The translations under genes were made by a program, and so were the position numbers. 64,000 bases of DNA. It comes from an uncultured delta proteobacterium (GTDB lineage Bacteria; Myxococcota; Myxococcia; Myxococcales; 40CM-4-68-19). This document shows, piece after piece, positions 50,042-60,496 of this stretch. Numbering within the stretch: the stretch's first letter is position 1; every line of letters starts with the position of its first letter. The notes under the pieces are model-generated. The model was not told where the DNA came from. It worked only from the letters and a program-made list of their open reading frames with translations, and made no database searches. The stretch lies in the NCBI GenBank assembly GCA_903911145.1, contig CAIWCD010000002.1, forward strand, positions 1-64,000. Reading direction: 5' to 3'.

Positions 50042-51595
50042 ATGGCGACCAAAGGCAACGACAAGGCGCAGCCCGGACGCAGCGCAGGCAGCTCGCGCGC
50101 GGCTCCCCGTACTCAGGATGCGGCACCCGCAGAGAGCGAGACAACGCTCCCCGGCCTGCCTGCGGTGTCGGTCGCGGACGGCGATCGGGTAGCGCTGCTC
50201 GAGCGCGAACTCGCCAGCGTCCGCGCAGACTCGACGCAGGCGCTCGCAGCGGCCGAGGCCCAGCTGGGCGCGGCCGCGAAACGCATCGAGCAGGTCGATG
50301 AGATTCGCCGCCAGAGCATGCCGCCGCCGCCCGCTGAGCTGACCGACGCGAAGGCGCGCGCGACGAAACTCGCGGCCGAACTGGCCTCTCTGCGCGACGA
50401 GCGAGATCAACTCGCGAGCAGGCTGGACGCGGTCCAGATCGATCTCGACTCGGCGCGAGTGCAGGGCGCAACGCACGCCGCGGCGATGGTTGCGCGCGAT
50501 GCCCGGCTGGCGATGCTCGAGCGGGCGAGCCAATCCGAGACCGCTCTGCGCGACGCGCGCGACGAGCTCCAGATCAGGCTGGACGCGGCCGGGAAGAATC
50601 TTGAAGCGCTGCAGGTCCGACTCGACGCGGCGATGAACGCGCGCGAGGGAGCAGAGCGCGAACTCTCGACGACGCAAGATGCCTTGTCGACGACGCGCAG
50701 CGAACTGTCCGCGGCGCGCGCTGAGCAGCGGCTGACGCTCGAGTCGGGCGAGGGCCTGCGCGGCGTCCTCGAGCAGCGAGACGCAGCGCTCGCCGGCCTG
50801 CGCGCCGAGCAGGAGGAGTTGCGGGCGGCGGCTGCCCAACTTCGCGCCGAGGTGGATGAGGAGCGGGCCGCGGCGCGTGCGCGAGAGGAGAAGATCATCC
50901 ACGACGTGCGCGAGCGCGAGACGCGCATGATCGCCGAGGTGCAGTCGCGCGAGGCCCGGCTCGTCGAGATGGCCCAGACGCGCGAGAAGCAGTTGCTCGC
51001 GGAGGCCGAGGCGCAGCTGCAGGCGCTCGCACGCGACAAGAATCCGCTCACCGAGCGCGTCGCGGTGCTGCAGAAGGCGCTCGAGGAGTCGCGCGAGCGC
51101 GAGGCCACGCTCGATGCCGAGGCGCGGGTGCGCAGCAACGACGTGAGCGAAAGCGAAGGCGCGACCGAGCGCGAGCAACAGCTTGAGGAGCAGCTCGAGA
51201 ACGCGCGCCGCGATGCCCGCGTCGCGCGCGATGCGCTCGAGGACGTCCGCGAAGAGAAGCAGCGGGTCGAGGTGAAGCTGGCCGATCTGCAGGGCACCAT
51301 CGACTCGCTCGGCATGGAGCGATCGGCGCTGCGTGCAGAGGCGGGCCAGGCGCGCGCGCAGCTTGAGTCGCTGCACGCGGTCGAGCAGCGGGCGCACCAG
51401 CTGCTGCAGGAGCTCGAGGAGGCGCGGCGCGAGAACGAGTTCCTCGGGCAGGAGGTCGCGCGCGCCACGGCGAGCGGTGCGGTCCGCGAAGAAGCGGCGA
51501 AGACCGACGAACAGGGCGCGCCCATCGTCACGCCTATCCCTTCGCCCGCCGTACCGCCTGCGCCGAAGAGCTCCTCGCGCAGACGGCGGAGCTGA
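50042..51595 (+). CDS. Long coiled-coil hypothetical protein
   Basis: A/E/R/L heptad repeats over ~430 aa. Confidence 0.75.
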   Translation: MATKGNDKAQPGRSAGSSRAAPRTQDAAPAESETTLPGLPAVSVADGDRVALLERELASVRADSTQALAAAEAQLGAAAKRIEQVDEIRRQSMPPPPAELTDAKARATKLAAELASLRDERDQLASRLDAVQIDLDSARVQGATHAAAMVARDARLAMLERASQSETALRDARDELQIRLDAAGKNLEALQVRLDAAMNAREGAERELSTTQDALSTTRSELSAARAEQRLTLESGEGLRGVLEQRDAALAGLRAEQEELRAAAAQLRAEVDEERAAARAREEKIIHDVRERETRMIAEVQSREARLVEMAQTREKQLLAEAEAQLQALARDKNPLTERVAVLQKALEESREREATLDAEARVRSNDVSESEGATEREQQLEEQLENARRDARVARDALEDVREEKQRVEVKLADLQGTIDSLGMERSALRAEAGQARAQLESLHAVEQRAHQLLQELEEARRENEFLGQEVARATASGAVREEAAKTDEQGAPIVTPIPSPAVPPAPKSSSRRRRS

Positions 51596-51598
51596 CGC

Positions 51599-52816
51599 TT
51601 GCCCAGGCGCCAGGCAGACACTTTCGGCATCTACGTCCACTTTCCCTACTGCCTCTCGAAGTGCCCCTACTGCGACTTCGCCTCGCGCGCCGAGGCGGTG
51701 ATTCCGCAGCGCCGCTACACCGACGCGATCCTGCGGGAGCTGCGCACGCAGGCCCCGCGCTTCACGCGCAATGCGAACGCGCGCGCCGTCAGCGTCTACT
51801 TCGGCGGCGGCACACCTTCGCTCTGGGATCCGCCGCTCTTCGCCGAGGTGCTGCGCGAAGTTCGCGCACTCTTCCCTGTCGCCGCGGACGCCGAGATCAC
51901 GCTCGAGGCCAACCCCGGCACGACTGACGAGGGCCGCTTCTCCGCCTTCCGCGCGGCCGGCGCCAATCGCATCTCCATCGGCGTGCAGTCCTTCGCGCCC
52001 CGGCAGCTCGTCTCGCTCGGCCGCAAGCACTCGGGCGGCGACGCGGTGCGCGCGTTCCAGACCGCGCGGGCCGCGGGTTTCGACAACATCTCGCTCGATC
52101 TCATCCACGGCGCGGAGGAGCAGAGCGCCGACGGGGCCGCTCGCGATGCGCGCACGGCCATCGAGCTCAATCCCGAACACCTCAGCTGCTACGCGCTCAC
52201 GCTGACGGGTCTCGCCGAAGAGGTTCCGATGGCGAAGGCGTTCCGACGCGGTGAACTGGAGCTGCCGGACGACGAGCTGCAGGCGACGATGGGCGAGGCC
52301 GTGCGCGACGAGCTCACGCGCGCCGGATATCGCCGCTACGAGATCTCGAATTTCGCGAAGCCCGGACGCGAGGCGGTCCACAACTCTCTCTACTGGCGAG
52401 GCCTGCCGTATGCGGCGGTCGGCTGCGGCGCCTGCGGATTCACGCTCAACGAATCGCTCCGAAGTGGCGCCAGCGCTGACCCGCAGATTCGCGAAGTGGG
52501 TCGACGCTGGCAGAACGATCGCTCACCGGAGCGCTACATGGAGCGAGTCGAGGCGACCGGCCTCGGTGAGAGCAGCGCCGAGACGCTCACCGCCGAGGAG
52601 CATCTGCGCGAACGGCTCTTCACCGGACTGCGCCTCGCCGACGGATTCGACCTCATGGAGCTCGAGCACGAACTTGGACTGCCCGTGCGCAAGCGCTTCG
52701 CAAGCCAGATCGATCGTCTCTGCCGAGAGGGCCTCGCTGAGCGCGACGCCTCCTGGCTGCGCCTGACTGCGCGCGGCCTCGACCTGCACAGCGAGGCCGC
52801 GCTCCGCTTCTTCTAG
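51599..52816 (+). CDS. hemW: Radical SAM heme chaperone
   Basis: YVHFPYCLSKCPYCDF, FGGGTPS, YEISNFA, HNSLYW. Confidence 0.92.
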   Translation: MPRRQADTFGIYVHFPYCLSKCPYCDFASRAEAVIPQRRYTDAILRELRTQAPRFTRNANARAVSVYFGGGTPSLWDPPLFAEVLREVRALFPVAADAEITLEANPGTTDEGRFSAFRAAGANRISIGVQSFAPRQLVSLGRKHSGGDAVRAFQTARAAGFDNISLDLIHGAEEQSADGAARDARTAIELNPEHLSCYALTLTGLAEEVPMAKAFRRGELELPDDELQATMGEAVRDELTRAGYRRYEISNFAKPGREAVHNSLYWRGLPYAAVGCGACGFTLNESLRSGASADPQIREVGRRWQNDRSPERYMERVEATGLGESSAETLTAEEHLRERLFTGLRLADGFDLMELEHELGLPVRKRFASQIDRLCREGLAERDASWLRLTARGLDLHSEAALRFF

Positions 52817-55800
52817 CGGCGCGCGGGCTCGACGAGCAGTTCGGCTCCCTGCACCTGATCCACCTCGCGCACGAACGCCACGAACGCCGGATAGTCGGCC
52901 GGCGAGATCCGCTGCGGAGGCATCGACAGCTCCTCGCTGATGAGCATCCGCCCCGCTTCCTCCCTGGCGCTCCATCGGTAGCGACCAAACGGACTGCTCA
53001 GCTCAACTGGTTCGGGTGCACGGACGAGATGAAACCCGGCAGGTAACGCGATGGAGGCCTGCACCGAGAGCTTCTCGAGCAACTGAAGCAGCAACGTCTT
53101 CTTGCGCTCCCCTCGATCCGCGTAGTGCCTCTCGAGATGCGCAGCCGAGAGAGACGCCGGCACCCGAAGTCCCGCACCATCGAGGCGACCGAGCGGCGCG
53201 TGCAGGCCGTAGCCGAGCGACGCAGGTCCACCCTGGGCGTTCTCGCCCTCGACGGAGAGCGTGTCGAGCGTCGCACCGGCGATCGCGCGGGCGAGCATCT
53301 GCTCGATCGCCTGCCGACGCGCCTGCCCATCGAGTTGCTCAAGCGCCTCGCGCAGCGCAGCCGCCTCGAATCCGTGAACTTCGTCGCGGGCCGTGCCGAG
53401 CGCCTCACCTGCGGCACTCAATTTGAGATCGAACGAAAGCAGCCGACCGTCGTCTCCATCGTGTGCATCGCTCGGCGTCTGCAGCAACTGCGCTGCCTCG
53501 CCAGGCTCGGGGAGGATGAGCGCCGGTTGTCCGCGCGCGAACGGCGGCAGCTGATCGATCGGCCCCAGGCGCCAGGAGGCATCGAGCCAGATCGGCGCGA
53601 CGAGACCTGGCTGGGCATCGATGCGAAGAACGGCGAACGAGTAGAGATCACCGCGCGGGAACCGCACCGATTCAGCCATCGCGCCAAACGGCTTGACGAG
53701 CGCGAGATGGGAGCTCACGCCGGCAGACGCAAGTGCTGCCTTGATCACCAGCAGTCGATTGCCGCGACCGAGCGCGAGGACGAGCTGCGCGGGAAGCGCG
53801 AAGTCTGCTGCATTGATCCGACCGCGCACCGCGCCCGAAACCGCGGCGACGATCTTGTCGACCTTCTCTCGCACCGTCGCGCCAGACGCCCGCGACGCGA
53901 GCGCGTCGGTGGCCACGGTCGGCCGCGCCCGCATCAGCACCCAATCGGCGATCGAGCGCGCCACGGCTTCCGGCCGGGCGCCAAAACCAACCTGCACCCA
54001 GGGAGCGATCTCCTCTTCGCCGGGCTGGTTCGGCTCGGGATGCACCGGCGCGATCGAGCGCGCCGTATGCGAAAACCGCAGCCCCTCGCTGGTCGTTTCG
54101 ATCGGCTGCACCGCTAGGTGATGCGCATCGACCTCGAGCGGAACCCCCTTCGCTCCATGCACCTCATAGGTGCTCTCCAGCATCGGCGTATCGTCATCAA
54201 CGAAGTAGAACGCTCCCGGCGCCGAGCCCGGCAGCTCCGGACCTCGCGCGGCATAGCTGCGCAGATAGTCCGTCTCGATCAGATCGCCCGGCGCGAGTCC
54301 CGGCAGACTGTGCGCATCCTTCTCGGCGATCTGCTCTGGCTCGAGCACGCGCCCGTCCGGTTTGATCGTCCGCAGCTCGAGCAACTCCGCATCGGCTGGA
54401 ATCTGGACCTCGCCGAACTTGGCGATGCCATTCTTGTCGAGCAGGCGCACCAGCGTGTGAACCCGCTCGATCGCGGTGCCATCGGCGGCAAACTCGACGC
54501 CGCCATAATCGAGCAGGCGCAGCGCGGCCGGGCGGGCGCTTGTCTCGCTCTCCGGAAAGGTCGAAGCGGCACGGTGCGCAAGCGCGAGCCCGTCGCGATC
54601 GGACCAGGCCATCAGCTTCTCTCCGCGTGCGAGCGCCACTTGATGACGCAGCTGCAGATCTCCGGGCAGTCGCGAGAGTGCCATCGTCCGCGCCTCGAGC
54701 GCTCCCTTCGCATCACCCGCAAGGTCGAGAAACGCAGCGATCTGGCGCCAGGGATCCGAAGCGCGCGGCGCGAGGTCGACTGCGTGGCGCAGCGTCTCGA
54801 CCGCCTGTCCGATGTTCCCGCGCGCGGCCTGCAGCTCTGCCAATTGGGCGAGCCTCTGCGGCTGGGCGGGGCGTTGCGCGGCAAAGCGGGCAAGCAGCGC
54901 CTCGGCGGCCGGTAGATCGCCGCGCTCGCGAAGCATCATCGGGAGCGCCGGCCGCAAGTCGGGACATTCGACGAGCGCATCGGCCAGGCGCATCTGCTCG
55001 ACCAGACTTCCCTCGCGGCGCGAGAGCTCCTGCGAGAGCCCGAGAGCATCGCAGCGGCCCCCGTCACGCTGGCGAGCCGCTTGCGCGCGTGTCCTCGCCA
55101 GCGCGGTATTGCCCTGCATCTCGAGCAGACGCGCACGCGCGACCAACAGGCGCGCCGGGAGAGGAGCGTCCTGCTCCAGCATCGCGCGCGCGCTGCGCTC
55201 TGCACGAGAGAGTGCCGCCGCGGCCTCATCCATCCGCTCCGCGTCGCGCTGCAACGCGCCCTGCGTGAGCGCCGCGCGCAACATCCGGGGATCCTTCTCA
55301 AGCGCGGCCGAGAGATCCGACAGCGCCTGCGCATGTCCGATGCGCTCGGGAACATCGGCGTCGCCAAGCACCTGCGCGACGCGCAGCGTGAGCGCTGGAG
55401 CTCCGCTTCCCGTCAGCGCGATCAGCCGCTCGATCGCGCCGCGCGCGGCATCGCGATCATCCTTGAGCGTCGCGCGCACAAGAAGGAAGGCCGCGACCAC
55501 ATCTTCGGGATTCTGCGACAGCCGCGCCTCGGCCGCTCCGCGCAACCCTCGGGCATCGACGAACGCAGGCGGTGGCACGCAGGCGATTCCGAGACGGCAA
55601 GGAGATGCGAGTCGCTGCCCAGCGAGGTGCTCGGGCGCGCTGGAGACGAGATCGCTTGCCGCGCCGTCGACGCGAGCGAGCGAGATGCGAAAGCGCGGCC
55701 CCTCGGCACGACTCCATCGCACGAGCAGCGCGTGTCTTCCCGGAGCGAGCCGAACAGACTGGGTCTGGGCGCGCGGCTCCTCGCGAGGCCAGGGCGAACG

Positions 55801-56715
55801 CGCGATCGCGACCATCCCGTCGAGCCGCGCCTCGAGCGCACCCGCGCCCTCGACCATGAGCAGGTAGTCGCCGCCTCGGGCCACGACCAACTCGCTTGCG
55901 CCATAGTAGAGATCACCTTCGCTCGGCTCGAGGTCGAGCCCGACATCTCCGTCGGGAAACTCGAGCGTGCGCTCCGCCGTGCTGCCAGCGGGCCCGCGCT
56001 CTGGTGCGCGCGAGAGCTGCGGTGAATCCAACACCGTGGGCTGATCGAGATCGAGCAAGCGCTCCGCCGCGAACGGTCCGGCGACACGCCAGCGCTGGAC
56101 CGCTCCAGCCGCGGCCCAGAGCTCCGATTCCTGCGGAGCTGGAGACGAGCCGTTCCGACTGATCGCAACGTGCGCAGCCGCCTCCCGGATCAGGTGGGCC
56201 GCCCGACCTTCCACTCCGGCGTGAAGCCATTTTGCGATCTCGAGCACGACATCATCGACTGCGCGCGAGTCCCCCTCGAGAGCCAGAAGTCGCTCGGCAG
56301 CCAACTCTGCGATCGGACTCGAAGGCGCGGCGCGGAGGGCCTCCGCATAGCTGCCCGCGGCTGCCACCGACTGCAGCCGATCCTCAAGGATCTCCGCCGT
56401 GCCCGCGAGCGCCAGCGCTCTCTGCTCTTGAGCAGAGGCATCGTGCGCCATCTGTGCACGAGCGAAGCTCTTGAGCGCCGCATCAGGATCGGACGCGATC
56501 AAATACTCGAGAAAGCCCAGCGTGACTTGAGCCTCCGCGCTCTCTGGCGCCGCAGCAGCGTGCCGACGCGCATCGTCCAGCCGCCCCAGCGGACTCTCCG
56601 CGGCGACTGGCTTCTGCGCGACCTGCGCTGCGCGGCAGGAGAGCAGCGAACCGACAAGGGCAAGCACCGCGACAGAGCGGAGGTTGAAACGCGTGATCAG
56701 CGATGGCGCGCTCAC
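52813..56715 (-). CDS. Lipoprotein with TPR, DUF3857-like and degenerate transglutaminase-like domains
   Basis: Lipobox LLSC, TPR helices, ELRTIKPDG...PGLAPGD.IE; GRGNRLL in place of the GDC motif. Confidence 0.75.
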   Translation of the reverse strand: MSAPSLITRFNLRSVAVLALVGSLLSCRAAQVAQKPVAAESPLGRLDDARRHAAAAPESAEAQVTLGFLEYLIASDPDAALKSFARAQMAHDASAQEQRALALAGTAEILEDRLQSVAAAGSYAEALRAAPSSPIAELAAERLLALEGDSRAVDDVVLEIAKWLHAGVEGRAAHLIREAAAHVAISRNGSSPAPQESELWAAAGAVQRWRVAGPFAAERLLDLDQPTVLDSPQLSRAPERGPAGSTAERTLEFPDGDVGLDLEPSEGDLYYGASELVVARGGDYLLMVEGAGALEARLDGMVAIARSPWPREEPRAQTQSVRLAPGRHALLVRWSRAEGPRFRISLARVDGAASDLVSSAPEHLAGQRLASPCRLGIACVPPPAFVDARGLRGAAEARLSQNPEDVVAAFLLVRATLKDDRDAARGAIERLIALTGSGAPALTLRVAQVLGDADVPERIGHAQALSDLSAALEKDPRMLRAALTQGALQRDAERMDEAAAALSRAERSARAMLEQDAPLPARLLVARARLLEMQGNTALARTRAQAARQRDGGRCDALGLSQELSRREGSLVEQMRLADALVECPDLRPALPMMLRERGDLPAAEALLARFAAQRPAQPQRLAQLAELQAARGNIGQAVETLRHAVDLAPRASDPWRQIAAFLDLAGDAKGALEARTMALSRLPGDLQLRHQVALARGEKLMAWSDRDGLALAHRAASTFPESETSARPAALRLLDYGGVEFAADGTAIERVHTLVRLLDKNGIAKFGEVQIPADAELLELRTIKPDGRVLEPEQIAEKDAHSLPGLAPGDLIETDYLRSYAARGPELPGSAPGAFYFVDDDTPMLESTYEVHGAKGVPLEVDAHHLAVQPIETTSEGLRFSHTARSIAPVHPEPNQPGEEEIAPWVQVGFGARPEAVARSIADWVLMRARPTVATDALASRASGATVREKVDKIVAAVSGAVRGRINAADFALPAQLVLALGRGNRLLVIKAALASAGVSSHLALVKPFGAMAESVRFPRGDLYSFAVLRIDAQPGLVAPIWLDASWRLGPIDQLPPFARGQPALILPEPGEAAQLLQTPSDAHDGDDGRLLSFDLKLSAAGEALGTARDEVHGFEAAALREALEQLDGQARRQAIEQMLARAIAGATLDTLSVEGENAQGGPASLGYGLHAPLGRLDGAGLRVPASLSAAHLERHYADRGERKKTLLLQLLEKLSVQASIALPAGFHLVRAPEPVELSSPFGRYRWSAREEAGRMLISEELSMPPQRISPADYPAFVAFVREVDQVQGAELLVEPARR

Positions 56716-59700
56716 GGCGAACCTCCCGGGTGCACGGATGGCGAGGGCGTCAGTTCGATCTTGCGCGCGAGCGCCTGATCGAGCTCCCCGAGCAGTGCAC
56801 GATAGGCGGGGTACTCCGAAGGAGAGAGCGTCCCCCCGACGAGGAGAAGATCGAGCTGCGCCCGCAGCGTCGCTCCCTCGTTGACGAACGCGATCTCCCA
56901 GCGTCCTTGCGGTGACTCGCCGTGGGCATCGGTCGGCACCGTCGCCGCCCAGCCCACGGGCAGCGAAATCGAGACCAGCTGCCGGGCGCTCTCGGCCTCG
57001 GGGAGCTGAAGAGGAAGCTTGCGCTGCGAGAGCGGTGCGAGGGTCTCGACGAAACCGGCCCGCTGGCCGAACGGCGAGAAGCTCCGTGTCCCGCTGCCAG
57101 ACGGCACGGCGAAGGCCGGCACTTTCGCGGCGAGCCGCACTTCGAAGGGATGCTCGAGCAGGTGAGGATCGGAGACGTCAACGCCGCCGATCTGGGCGCC
57201 CGGATATCCTGCGCGGGCGAGCAGCTCCGATGCGTGCGCCTGCCGCTCTACCGGAGATTCGAAGATCCGGCGCGCCCACGGTGTCGACGATCCCGCGCTG
57301 ATCGTCTGCAGCGCAACCGTCGCCGATCCGTCGGGGTGAACCTCGATCCGCGAGCGCGTCTCGCTGGTGTTGTCTTGCGGCGAGGCATCTGGCGTGCGGA
57401 AGAATCGTGAACCCTCGTCGCCCGGCTCGACGATGAGGACGTCCGCCCCGCGATCGTCGCCGGGCAGCTCCTGGGAACCGTGGAACTCCGCGGTGCCGTC
57501 GAGGAAGAGATCGTACTGCGGCAAATAGAGAATCGCGTGGTTGAAGATCGCGAGCGATGCGGGCTCCTCGGGAAGGTTGCCCAGGCGTTTCATGCGCAGG
57601 AGCACCAGCCGCGAATCGATGCCCAGTGCCTCGAGCAGCGCGTGCATCAGCGACGCCTTGTCCTTGCAGTCACCGAATGCGCGCGTCAGGATCGTCTCGA
57701 CGGGATAGGGCCGATACGAGTTGATCCCGAACTCAAGCGCCACGTAGCGCGTCTTCGAGAGAACGTAGTTGTAGACCGCGCGGATGCGCGCCCGCTCGTC
57801 TGCCGCCGGAACATCGGCGACCGCCTCGTTGGCCGCGCGGCGGATGTCCTCCGTGACGCGGAGCTGGTCCTTGATGAGCCCCCAGTAGAAGCGGCCCACG
57901 CTGTCCCAATCCTTGTAGGTCGAGACGTGAACCCAGGCGATGAGCTCGCTCGCACCTGGCGCACCTGGCTCGGGGGCGACGCGCGGGACATGGTGTGCTG
58001 AGAAGCGCAGCCGCGTACCGCCGTCGGGGAGTTTGTCTTCCGTGCGCGTCAGATTCGCGAGCGGCGCGGCTGCCGAATAGAAGATTTTTCCCGGCGGGCC
58101 GAGCAGCAGATAGTCCGAGTGGAGTCGCGGCGCACCGCCCTGCATCCACGCCAGATCACCGAAGTAGTCGGAGAAGTAGTTGCTGCCCGCGTCGTCGAGG
58201 CGGACCACCAACTCGAGCACGTCACCCGGCTGCAGCTGGGTGAACGAAACGATCTTCGCACGCACATCGTAATAGAGCCCGTACCAGGGCTCGGAGAGGT
58301 TTCGCTCCCCCTCGCTGCGGCTCTCGAGGACCTGTCCTCCGACGCGGAAGATGCGCGCCTGTTCGACGCGAATCTGCGTCCGCTCGGGCGAGAACTGGAT
58401 CGCTTGCGTGCGGGACTGCTCGACTCCTCGCGGAGTCAGCGCCCGCAGGACAATCTGATGCGTGCGCGATGCGAGACCGTTTCCGTAGACCTTGACCACC
58501 GAAAGATCGGCGAGCACCTCGACATCCTCGGCCGAGGCCACGCCGCTGGTCTCGCGGGCGAGCGCGGCAGCATCGTAGAGATACGGTGCGGCGTACCTCT
58601 CCTCGGGCTTCACGGAGCGCACGAGTTCGCGCAGCGCAGGGTTCTGCGGACGCAACGTGAGCGCGCGCTCGAAGGTCGCGAGCGCCTGCTCGGTGCGACC
58701 GGCGCGCAGCTCGTGATGGCCGATCGACTCCGCGACATCGGGATCATCCGGCGAGAGCACGACCAGCTGCGTGTAGACACGATCAGCATCGTCGGTGCGG
58801 CCGTTCTGCGAGAGCAGTTCGGCAAGACGCACGCGCAGGGACACGAGTCCCGGCTCAAGCGCGATCGCCTGCGAGAGCAACGCCAAAGCACCTGCGAAAT
58901 CTCCGCGGTCGAGACAGAGTCCCCAGAGCTCGGCGCGAGCATCGACGTCGTCGGCACGCAGAGCCAGCAGCCTGCGCAGCGCAGCCTGCGCCTCCTCGAT
59001 GCGCCCCAGACGACGCAGCGATGAGGCCAGCGCGCGGAGCGCCCGCACATCATTCGGATTCGCCTGCGCAATCGAAAGGCGCGACGCATTCGCCTGCATG
59101 CCCAGACCGACCGCATCGAGCGCGCGCGTCTCGAGGAGCTGCGCGCGAGAAGCATGCGGCGCGATCTTGACCGCCCTCCGCGCAGCCTCGAGCGCCTTCC
59201 AGCCATCTCCACGCTCGAGACGAAAGGCGGCAAGACCTTCGAGAAGTTCGACATCATCGGGATGGGCTGCGAGGCCCTGCTCGAGCGCCTGGCGCCGCTT
59301 GTTCGCGTCGCGCTCCTCGAGCCGGGAGAGTCGTATTTCGATGCGCGGATCTCCGGGCGCGGCAGCAGAAGCACGCTCCTGGGCGTGCAGCGACAGCTCC
59401 TCGGTATCGTCGTCGGGTCGCCGCGTCGCGAGCAGGATCGCGAGATCCTCCTGGGCGCGCGCATCGTGGTCGTCCCGCGCAGCCCGTACGCGAAGTTCTT
59501 CGAGAGCATCGAGTGGCGTCGGCAACCGCGGAGATGCGCCATGTGCAGACAAGCCCTTCGCAGCGAGAGTCGGCGGTCCCATCGGGGTGAGCGGCGCGAA
59601 GGCCTTCGCCGCCAGAGCGGGAAGCGGCTCGTCCTTCTCTCCTGCGAGGCGCAGCCAGAAACCGACCCGACCGTTCGCGTGCGCGATTTTCAGCAGCAAC

Positions 59701-60425
59701 GTGTTCTGTCCAGCGCGCAACCGCACCGCCACCGCCCGTTGATCGAAGCGTGCCGGGTGCTGGTTCTTATCCTCGAGAACCAGCTCACCGTTGACCCAGA
59801 GCTTGTTCGCGCCGCTCGTACCCAGGTGCAGCACCGCGCCCTGTGCGTGCGCTGCGGGAAGCACGCTCAAGGCATAGACGGTGACATCCTGCCGTGGCCA
59901 GATCGCACCATCGAGGTCGACGAAGCCAAGCGGCGCGACGTCGGGAAGTGCGCGCCAGGAGACCTCGTGCTGCTTTCCGCGCACTCGCGACGCCGGATCG
60001 AATCCACCACTTTCTGGCGCGTAGACAGCCGACAGCCCGCTGCGCCCATCGTTGTCGAATGGCCCGATCACCGACCAGGCGCGGATCGGCGCGAGACCGT
60101 CGACAAGAGAGCGCGCCTTCTGCTGCTGATCCTGCGCAGTCCAGAGCTGAGCACGAAGATGGACGGCGAGCGCGCGAACGTCCTGCCGCGCCTTCGGGCT
60201 GCTGGCCGCCTCGTCTAAAGCCAGCGCAATCGGCTGCAGATCGCCGTCCTGATCGCGCAACTCGGCGAGGCGGATCAGATCCGGCAGCGCCTCCGCGCGG
60301 TCGAGCTCCGCGTGCAGCCGCGCGGCAAGCTCGGGCACTTGCGACGCCTGCGCGCGCGCCGCCAGCGCGAGAACGCAGCCAAGCGCGAGCGCAGCGGAAC
60401 GGATTTGCCAGACGGAAAGTGCCAT
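56712..60425 (-). CDS. TPR + DUF3857 + transglutaminase-like domain protein, secreted
   Basis: RYVALEFG, FGDCKDKA, FNHAI, FLDGT (Cys-His-Asp triad); signal peptide. Confidence 0.85.
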   Translation of the reverse strand: MALSVWQIRSAALALGCVLALAARAQASQVPELAARLHAELDRAEALPDLIRLAELRDQDGDLQPIALALDEAASSPKARQDVRALAVHLRAQLWTAQDQQQKARSLVDGLAPIRAWSVIGPFDNDGRSGLSAVYAPESGGFDPASRVRGKQHEVSWRALPDVAPLGFVDLDGAIWPRQDVTVYALSVLPAAHAQGAVLHLGTSGANKLWVNGELVLEDKNQHPARFDQRAVAVRLRAGQNTLLLKIAHANGRVGFWLRLAGEKDEPLPALAAKAFAPLTPMGPPTLAAKGLSAHGASPRLPTPLDALEELRVRAARDDHDARAQEDLAILLATRRPDDDTEELSLHAQERASAAAPGDPRIEIRLSRLEERDANKRRQALEQGLAAHPDDVELLEGLAAFRLERGDGWKALEAARRAVKIAPHASRAQLLETRALDAVGLGMQANASRLSIAQANPNDVRALRALASSLRRLGRIEEAQAALRRLLALRADDVDARAELWGLCLDRGDFAGALALLSQAIALEPGLVSLRVRLAELLSQNGRTDDADRVYTQLVVLSPDDPDVAESIGHHELRAGRTEQALATFERALTLRPQNPALRELVRSVKPEERYAAPYLYDAAALARETSGVASAEDVEVLADLSVVKVYGNGLASRTHQIVLRALTPRGVEQSRTQAIQFSPERTQIRVEQARIFRVGGQVLESRSEGERNLSEPWYGLYYDVRAKIVSFTQLQPGDVLELVVRLDDAGSNYFSDYFGDLAWMQGGAPRLHSDYLLLGPPGKIFYSAAAPLANLTRTEDKLPDGGTRLRFSAHHVPRVAPEPGAPGASELIAWVHVSTYKDWDSVGRFYWGLIKDQLRVTEDIRRAANEAVADVPAADERARIRAVYNYVLSKTRYVALEFGINSYRPYPVETILTRAFGDCKDKASLMHALLEALGIDSRLVLLRMKRLGNLPEEPASLAIFNHAILYLPQYDLFLDGTAEFHGSQELPGDDRGADVLIVEPGDEGSRFFRTPDASPQDNTSETRSRIEVHPDGSATVALQTISAGSSTPWARRIFESPVERQAHASELLARAGYPGAQIGGVDVSDPHLLEHPFEVRLAAKVPAFAVPSGSGTRSFSPFGQRAGFVETLAPLSQRKLPLQLPEAESARQLVSISLPVGWAATVPTDAHGESPQGRWEIAFVNEGATLRAQLDLLLVGGTLSPSEYPAYRALLGELDQALARKIELTPSPSVHPGGSP

Positions 60426-60496
60426 TCGCAAAGGTCACTCCATCGCGTGAATGAAAAGCCTTCGCTTCTACTCCAGAAGCAAAATTGACGACGCGC

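Noticed and set aside
60428..60442. Sigma54-like TGGAGTGACCTTTGC upstream of the transglutaminase gene
   Set aside because: The implied transcription start would fall downstream of the likely start codon, and the -24 match is weak.
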